A DNA stretch of 44,043 nucleotides from Macrostomum lignano (taxonomy: Eukaryota). This document shows positions 36,403 through 44,043 of the stretch, one piece after another. The stretch covers positions 1 to 44,043 of the forward strand of contig NIVC01004499.1 in the NCBI GenBank assembly GCA_002269645.1, in the 5' to 3' direction. Positions within the stretch are counted from its first letter, which is position 1. The number at the start of each line of letters is the position of its first letter. The notes under the pieces were generated by a model. That model searched no databases and was not told where the DNA came from. It saw only the letters and a program-made list of their open reading frames with translations. The translations under genes and the position numbers were made by a program.

Positions 36403-37296
36403 ATGTCATCGCAGCTGAAAACCCGACAGTCAAGGACATCGTCAGCTTCAAGCAGCGATTCCGAACTGCAGATTTCCAGCTGGCTTCATTTGCAACAGAA
36501 CCAGTCAAATCAAACGCAGAAATCTTCTAAAGGACTACCACAAAAGCAACAGAAATCTAGCAGCATGCCTAAGAAAGTGCCACAGAAGCAGATAAACTTT
36601 GCAAAGCCAAGCCAGAAATTGCCTCAGAAGAAGCAACAAATCCCTTCAAAGAAACTATCAGATCAGCAGCAGACAACGCAGCATTGGCGACCGGCCTGGC
36701 GAGAGCCAACTTTACGGAACTACAGCATGGACCGTCGAAATTCCGTTGAAAGTAAGACCGTCGAAAGTAAGACCGTCGAAAGTAAGACCGTCGAAAGTAA
36801 GACCGTCGAAAGTAAGACCGTCGAAAGTAAGACCGTCGTAAGTAAGGCCGTCGAAAGCACCGTCCCTGACCCGGCCCCAAATCAGCGCCCAAAAAAGCGT
36901 CAACTTCAGACTCAGAGCCAGCAGCAGCATCAGCAGGATCAGGAAAATGAAGTAATCGACAGTGTACTCTCCAATCAACGTCGCTTCAATCGTTACTCGA
37001 CTGAAATCGCCCAGATGTCCCGCTGCCTGCAGCCGATGCGCGATGCCGTCATTGACTGGGAAAAGTTTCGCAGCAACCTGCTTGAACAGAACGAGCAGTG
37101 TAACGCTGTCAGCATTCGACTGATTCGGACGGAAGCCTCTGCTCAGGAGCTTCAGCAGAGCCTCGCTGACATTCGAGCCCTGCTGGAAATGGAATTGGAG
37201 AAACTGACCGTACAGGAGTTGCAACGGTTGCTGCAGGAGAAGCAGAAGCGCCGCGCTCAGGACAAAGGACATAAGCCGGCTCATTATATTGATTAG
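36403..37296 (+). CDS. Uncharacterised 297-aa protein: S/Q/K-rich N-terminus, 7 x SKTVE-type repeats, C-terminal predicted coiled coil
   Basis: Intact 894-bp GC-richer ORF, coding-like composition, Leu/Glu/Gln heptad pattern in the C-terminal third; no family recognised. Confidence 0.65.
   Translation: MSSQLKTRQSRTSSASSSDSELQISSWLHLQQNQSNQTQKSSKGLPQKQQKSSSMPKKVPQKQINFAKPSQKLPQKKQQIPSKKLSDQQQTTQHWRPAWREPTLRNYSMDRRNSVESKTVESKTVESKTVESKTVESKTVESKTVVSKAVESTVPDPAPNQRPKKRQLQTQSQQQHQQDQENEVIDSVLSNQRRFNRYSTEIAQMSRCLQPMRDAVIDWEKFRSNLLEQNEQCNAVSIRLIRTEASAQELQQSLADIRALLEMELEKLTVQELQRLLQEKQKRRAQDKGHKPAHYID
36751..36855 (+). repeat. In-frame 15-bp coding repeat (AGTAAGACCGTCGAA), 7 units
   Basis: Direct. 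Confidence 0.95.
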
Positions 37297-38886
37297 GTTT
37301 GTGTGACAAAAATCTCTGATGCTTAATTGAAGCATATTTGCTAAGAACAAGTTTAACAAACGGCTGACTCACTGAGGCAAATTTTTCTGACGTATTCTTT
37401 TCTGCACCTAAAATAGTTACGAGTCTTTGTTTTTCATTCTGATTCAATTCGATCCTTACGTCGAAATGTTGCACGGAAATTCTTAAATATTTTCTACCTA
37501 TCTGTTGATTGCTGTCACAATTTTATGGACACCTTGTATGCAATTTCTGGTTAGCAGACTCAGTGGAAATACACTTTAGAAGACTTAGAAAGTTCTTAAA
37601 GTACACAGTTTGTGAACTTGTGAAGTACTAAGGACGCCTTAATATACAAATGTGTTGAAAGTTCTTAAAAGTGCACAAAAGATACTAAAAGTTCGTCGCT
37701 ACTCTAGCGAATTCATAAACTTCGTTTCAAGTTTTCATATTCAACAAGCTGTTTTAGCAGTATAGCCACCTTAACAATTGAATTGAGTAATACGCTCGTA
37801 TATAGCTGCCCTGATGGTTCTACGAGCTACTCCAGTACATTTTGGGTACTTCTTTTTGCACCTTCTAGTTTTTCGGCGAATGTTTAATGGTGATTCTGCG
37901 AGCCTAGTTGGCGTCAGTTACACGCACGAGTAGGTGCGCAAGCCTGCATGATCTAGCTCCTAGGGTCAGACTTTATGATATGACACATCGACGCAAGAGC
38001 TATAAGAGCAGAGAGAGGCTGTCACGCTATAAATATGTGTCTGGTCTGACACAGTCCCACCCCACCGCTATGATGCAGCACTCTGTCTTCTCTAGCAATG
38101 GCCATGTATACAGACCAAAAGTGTACTAAAGAGTTCTCTAGCGTCTAAGAGACTCTCATATGCAATCTATTTTTAGACTTTAGACTTAAAACGCGTTAGA
38201 AGATTACAAGTGGAGATTACAGTTGCTTCAGTTTCAGTTTTTATCCAAGCAGAGAAGTGCTACGCGCGCAAAGAATGCATCTATATAAGTTTTTTTTCTA
38301 CAAGAAAAGAGATAGAGCTTCTTTTCTTCTCGTAATAAACTTTATAAAATAATTATTCAGCTGCAATCCCTCACTTGCGACTGTGAAACTTCGCGACTTC
38401 AAGGTAAAGACGTTGTTTCTGGTTCATTCTCCTGTACGAGTATGCACAACTTTTTACCTTCATTTAACAAGTTACCGACTTTGTTGTATACTTAAAAGCT
38501 TTGTACAATTAGTAGAGGTGGATAAATCATACACCACCTAGATACTTCAGCTAGAACATTTAATTTCAACACACAACACCTCAGCATGACATTAGGATTA
38601 CAAAATCTTTGTCGAATCTAAACACACGTATTCTCCTTGTAAACAGGTTTCTTAAGCGGCGTAATTTTCCTAATTTGATTTCTGAGAGGAGTTTTGACTC
38701 TGCTCTTTTAGGAGTTCCCCAATATGGCTTTCGACAGGATGGTTCATCCGTGAGGGGTCAGGAGCCAACAGAAACGAGAAAAACACGTACAATTGATACA
38801 TTAGAAACAACAACAACAACCAAACTAGAGAACTCTGCCTCACGATTTGTAACGCACCAAGAGAAGAGTTTGCAACTAAAAGACAC

Positions 38887-39090
38887 CCACCGTGGAAAAG
38901 ACTTCGGCGGCCGGAATCAAGATTTGTCATGAGCTCCCAGGAGGCCAAAAAAGGGAGACACAGACCTCACCGAGGCCGCGAGGAAGGCCATTGAGGAGGT
39001 CGTCAACGCCGAACTTAAAATCTACACCGATGGCTCAGTCAGCGGTGAAGGTAGAAACGGCGGTGCGGCGTGCAAGGACAACTTAAGTAG
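38887..39090 (+). mobile_element. Fragment of a retroelement RNase H region (likely RNase H-bearing non-LTR clade)
   Basis: CCACCGTGG (PPW), then with frame changes DLTEAARKAIEEVVNAELKIYTDGSVSGEGRNGGAAC, containing the RNase H IYTDGS motif (39020-39037); no reverse transcriptase nearby. Confidence 0.7.
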
Positions 39091-39813
39091 AAGGACGCAA
39101 CACTCGAAATCTATGGTAAATGTTTAGAAGGCAACTTTTCGCCGAAAAATACACTACAGAGATATAGGAGGCTTTAATTTTTTCAGCACAAATATTGTTA
39201 TTGCTTGTGATAGGAGGCAGATCCAGTGCTCATCTTTTGATATGTTGTGCCTTTCTTATTGCTCTATCGATAGTCATAAAGCTTTTCGTTCAGAAATAGT
39301 TTTAAAGGCAGATTTCACCGGAAAAATACACTACAGAGATAGGAAATTTCACGATTATCAACACTAAAACAGTGATTGGGTCTCTTAACAGTGTCAGAGA
39401 AAGTTCTAATCACACTATTTTGTGCCTCGCATGTTGCTCTAACGACGCATTAATCGATTTTTCATGTTAAATTGGTCTGTCACTTGAAAAAACGTTTAAA
39501 ATAATGACAAGAGCAGGATGTGAGGAAAGACAACAACAGAAAAGACACAGAAACAAAAACAAAAGCCACTCAAATTTGATAGGCCCAAACAGTCGTCCTC
39601 CGTCTGACCTCTCATTAACGCGAGAAAAATCCCCAATCTGTCAATATACTTTCTTTTTTGCTTGTTTTTTTAAGCAACCGGTAGCTTACTTTTTGTTTTT
39701 TTGTAAATTATCTGATAGCTATTCCAACATTGTGTCACCATAAATAACAATCCCCTATATGTGCATACATCAAACTTCTTCTCCTCACAGTCACTGAAGG
39801 TGGTCACCCAATC

Positions 39814-42800
39814 ATGGCTGACCCCAGCTCTCAGAGCCACAGGTGGAACCTGACGATTCTAACCGGGCCGATCTCGCATTCTTCTCGAATGGAGAGCGCG
39901 AAGTTGAGTCGAGAAATCAACAGCAAACCGATCCTAAAGAGGACACAGATAACTCTAATAATCAATCAGCAACGACGGTGCTGTCAGAAGATGACCGGCA
40001 CCAACTGATTAAACTGACAAAAGCAGGCAAGTTTGAAGAGGCAAAACAAGTTATATCTCACTTACAAGACAAATTTATGCCTATTATTCCGGAGCGCGAA
40101 TCCCTCCGAACAGCGACGCACTATGCAGCAATGAGCGAGGAGGGAGCCGCGCTGTTGCAGGATTTGAAAGCCCTGGACGGTGCCAGCTGCTTGTCGAGAG
40201 CCGACCGTAAAGGCACTACGTCGCTCCATTTGGCGGCGCAGTTTTTATCGAAGGAGACTTGGCTGAGAACTATAAAACCGCTGGTAACGGCTAGTGATTT
40301 AAGGAAAAAAGACGATAAGTGGGACACCTGCGCTCACATCGCGGCTCGCGACAACTCCGTGGACGATGGAGTCATTCTCGAGATAGTTGACGCCCTCGGA
40401 GACAGATGCCTGGAGGTCCTGAATCGGAAGGGCGAGACGCCGCTGCAGCTGGCAATGAAGCACTGCGGTCCGGAATCAGCAGAGGCTCTGTTGCAAAAGT
40501 TTGATCTGAAGGTGCTTCAAGACACAACAGATGACGAGGGCAACACACTAGCCCACTTTGCGGCAAAAAATCCGAAGGACACTTTGTTAGTTTTTGATAA
40601 TCGATGGCGCAAATTAAGCGGAGATCCGAATCCTGATTCAGATTCAGATTCGTGTCTTTACTGGACAAACAACAACGGCGAGACTGTTCTGCAAATTGCG
40701 CTTGAGTGCTGCTCGGTTCCAACTGCTCAAAAGCTTCTGCAGAGAGCCGCTAAATCGGAAGCAATTCAGCAGAGAGATTCGGCTGGAAACACCTGTCTGC
40801 ATATCGCAGCAATGTCCAGTGGGCGGCAGAACTCCTGCTTACAGCAGTAAAACTTCATAAGCCGCTGGGTCCCGAATGCCTCGCTTGGAAAAATCAGGCT
40901 GGCGATTCGTGCTGCACGTCTCACTGGAAAATTGCCCTCAAGATGATAAAGCACTTACGAAACTCTTAGCTAAACTAATATCGAAATCTACTAAGGATAT
41001 TTTGTCGCAAACTGATGCGGCTGGCAACAGCTGCCTGCACATTGCTGCCAGAAGAAGCGACAAGTTGGCCCTGTTGTCTAAGGCTAAGAAAGTGTGCGGC
41101 AAGAGCTACGTCTACTGGCAGAACAGCCGACTCCAGTCGGTTCTGTTCTTTGCAATCGGCGTTGTCTCCGCGAAGCAATTGAAAGCTGCGGTGCACCAAA
41201 GCAGCCTCAAAGATGTATTCGGTAACACGGCACTTCACTATTTGCTTCAAGGCTACGGAACTGAAACCAACGGGCTCAGTTTGCTGGATTCTGTCAGCGA
41301 CATCCTTGATAAAATCAAGGTCTGATTGGCATGGGCATTGAGCCAAAAGAAGAGAATAAAATGGGACAGAACTTCCTGCATTGGGCTCAGCTTGAGACCG
41401 ATGTGCTCAGGGAGCTTCTAAAAGCGTTCGCGACCAACAAAACGTTTGATTTTAGATACCTTTTTAAGCAAGTAGAGTTCGGATCAAATGGGCTTCACTT
41501 AGTTCACACTTACTCAAGAAAGTACAACTTAGAGGAGTTAATCCAGCCAATAGCAAAGCTTTCAGGTATGAAAGAAAACGAACTGTTAAGCCTGACAGTT
41601 TCAAAAGGAGCCAACAAAGACGCCACTTGTTTGCACTTTGCCTGTGAGGGTGGAAAAAAAAGTAACGTTCAATACTTGCTCGAGAAAGAACAGAAGCTCA
41701 AGAAGTTTACAGAATCCGGCATGTCCTGCATCGACTTTGCCATTGACAGAGGCTGGCTAAAAGAAATTTGGGCCATCTATGTGGAATACGAGACTACAAG
41801 AACCGCAACAAGCGATTTTAAATCGGCAGTCAACACCGCCAGAATAAAGCTATTGCGCCTCATCGATCCGGCGCGAAGAGCTCTCAGACTTCCAGATCGA
41901 GTGACAGCCCAGAGGAACCTGGCATCCATTTTAGACCATTACTTCGCTCAGAAGTCGGAGGAACCCACGTTTTCTAGTAAAGATCGAGGCCTGCACATTC
42001 TGGAGCGAGCTATAGAGCTAAACTCGACCAAGATTTATCGCAGCGCTTTAAGAATGAACTTTGTTCACGCAGTCACTGAGACTCGACTACCAGCATTTCT
42101 GTTTCAGAGAAAGAACTCACCAAGTGCGATAGGAATTTCCCGGCAGGGAGAAAGTTCTGGACCATATAAATTGATCCAGGCTTCCTCTGAAATGTCTGTA
42201 ATCGACATAGTCTCATTATACTATAGTCATTATGACGAAATCCTACCCGACTTGATTCTCACTCGACAGTTCGAACTGATTCCGGCTAGCATTGGTCTTC
42301 TTATTCTGCTGGGTCCAGAAATTGAGAAGCTGCGCTCCGAGGCCCGTGGAAAACATGCTCGGCTGCAGGAGCTGCACACGAGGGTGCTCAACATCGCCGT
42401 GAATGCACTCGATGAGTTGTTTGCTAGCCAGTAAAACTGAAAAAACGTTGCTATTTGATTACCTTCAGGGTCAGATTGTTGGCGATGACGGTGCTCTGGG
42501 TCCAAAGTTTCCTTTCAGAAACTTCGACAAAGAAATCAGATACGGCTCAGTGCTAAAAATGATCGAAGAAGCGGACTGCAACGAGTTATTTGCCACAGAC
42601 TGCATCTACAGCTTTGTGCAGGAGGAGTGGAAGAGGGGACGGAGACCATGCCAATGTTGCACAGACTCTAATGACTCAACCAATGCCACTAAAATGGTCA
42701 AAGTCAGTGAAAATCAGCAGACGCCTAGCTCAGATGAAAGCAATTACCAACAACAGAATGGTGCTGCGGTGCCCAGTGACAAAGCAAGCGCTCAAAGCTC

Positions 42801-44043
42801 CTGCTGGGGCAAATTTAACTCTCCTAAAGCGAAGTTTATTGGCCATTACACATCATTCTCTTTTCTGATGGTATACTTTATCTGGTATACGGTGGACTTT
42901 AAGCAAAGTTTTTCCACTGCTTATCAGACATTCCAATTGTTCTTTATTTCTTGTCCTTTTTGCTTCAAGAAATCGCCGACATCTACAGAAGGAGGAAGCG
43001 ACGTCAATACTTTGTTTGTGACTCCATTCTACGATTGCCGAGGTACTTCAAAGACGTGCTGAACTTTCTCGACTGGTTCGCCATGATTTTTGTTTTCGTT
43101 GGCCTTATTTTAAAGTGGATTCTTCTCGCCGAGTCGCGCAAGCTGCACGATGCCTATCCCTGCCAAGTGGTCTTTAGTGTTGCATTCGGTCTGCTGATGT
43201 TTCGGTCGGTGCACTTCCTTAGCCTATCGGCCGTTATTGGTCCCGTGGTTGCGATGCTCTGGAGCCTCCTGTTTAACGACTTAGTGCCTTTTTTGGCTAT
43301 CATCGGAGTCATCATCGGCGCTTTCGGAGTATTTTTCTTCAATTTGCTGTTCTCGATCACAGGAGTGGACACTCGATCAGCTTACTACAACAGCTCGTGG
43401 TACGGCTGGATACATTTGTGCCAAGCGATCACTCTGCCATTCAATATTTTGTTCACCAACTTCGACAAGGTTATCTTTGACAAGTCCTCTAACGAACATT
43501 ACTATTGAAAGGTGGCCCACAGTCAAGGAATCGGGGTGTTTGAGAACCTGATGATGTTCTTGTTCATGGGACTCGTCAACATTGTAATGTTTGAACCTGC
43601 TGATTGCTTTGTTTAACCTTCGAGTCAGCCGCATGGCCAACGAAGCTCTGGGATTTGGAGAAAGACTTACTTTGGCATGTTGCGCGAGTACCAGGGCCTG
43701 AGTCCGTGGCCACGCCGCTATCGTTCATCTGGTTCATCTACGATTTTGTTCGGGTTCTTGCAAGTGTCGGAAGGGTCGAAAGTTCGTAAGAGTTACTCAG
43801 GAGGTAGGTGGTCGTTGCATTTTTAGTGTTTAAGGAGTATTCTTGTATATAATAAAAAAGTGAATTTCGCGGGATTTTTACAGAAAGCGCACTGGTGGCA
43901 AGACGAAAGTAAATATTCGAGAACTACATGAAGTTTCTAGAGTTCCAGGCCAATCAATTTACGTCGAATTCGACCTCGCCCTTCTGTTGTCCAACTTTGG
44001 TTCGAACAACCAGCAGGACGAACTGGCCGAGCTCACCGAGGCC
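39814..44043 (+). CDS. Ankyrin-repeat TRP cation channel with TRPM-like membrane domain; more than 1350 aa after repair; 10 or more 1-bp frame breaks; one intron 43804-43883; truncated by the window end
   Basis: About 15 ankyrin motifs (GTTSLHLAA, GETPLQLAM, GNTCLHIAA, GNSCLHIAA, DATCLHFAC and others), pre-S1 LFATDCIYSFVQEEW, S1 SPKAKFIGHYTSF, S3 NFLDWFAM, S4-S5 IGPVVAML..DLVPFL, repaired S6 LVNIVMLNLLIALFN and TRP box WRKTYFGMLREYQGLSPWPTPL. Functional gene versus pseudogene is unresolved. Confidence 0.85.

Noticed and set aside
8340-39813. Spliced-leader trans-splice acceptors or operon structure upstream of several ATGs (8361, 36368, 39790)
   Set aside because: Plausible cis donors exist upstream (8241, 36188, 38404), so ordinary 5' UTR introns explain them; trans-splicing cannot be shown from DNA alone.
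39814-44043. Programmed ribosomal frameshifting or an alternative genetic code in the TRP and zinc-finger genes
   Set aside because: The breaks go in both directions, fall in assorted short homopolymers with no common slippery or stop-codon context, and four middle genes read cleanly in the standard code.

Overview
Eukaryotic (metazoan) genomic DNA, not prokaryotic: GC-rich spliced exons sit in AT-rich non-coding DNA. The style suggests a free-living flatworm such as Macrostomum, but that is inference only. I can rebuild seven genes: a multi-finger C2H2 zinc-finger gene (+, 1931-4723), a stathmin-like gene with a GC-AG intron (+, 8401-9900), mitochondrial t6A enzyme OSGEPL1/Qri7 (+, 11851-14386), a SEPT2-group septin (+, 22073-27493, probably with two more 5' exons at 16089 and 21035), STRAP/UNRIP (-, 34836-30592), an intronless orphan coiled-coil gene (+, 36403-37296), and a TRP channel running off the window end (+, 39814-44043) that joins about 15 ankyrin repeats to a TRPM-like membrane domain and TRP box. 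About 18 tandem arrays (roughly 12.5 kb, near 30% of the window) lie directly against coding exons, turning what look like 60-170 bp introns into 0.3-1.2 kb ones, while the long AT-rich stretches have none. I also find TSD-supported non-autonomous DNA transposons, a tRNA-derived SINE and a retroelement RNase H fragment. Single-base homopolymer indels break the genes near both window ends but not the middle ones, which is most simply long-read consensus error. The best leads are the exon-hugging minisatellite pattern, the ankyrin/TRPM-like channel and the over-represented TA-core-TA palindromes.
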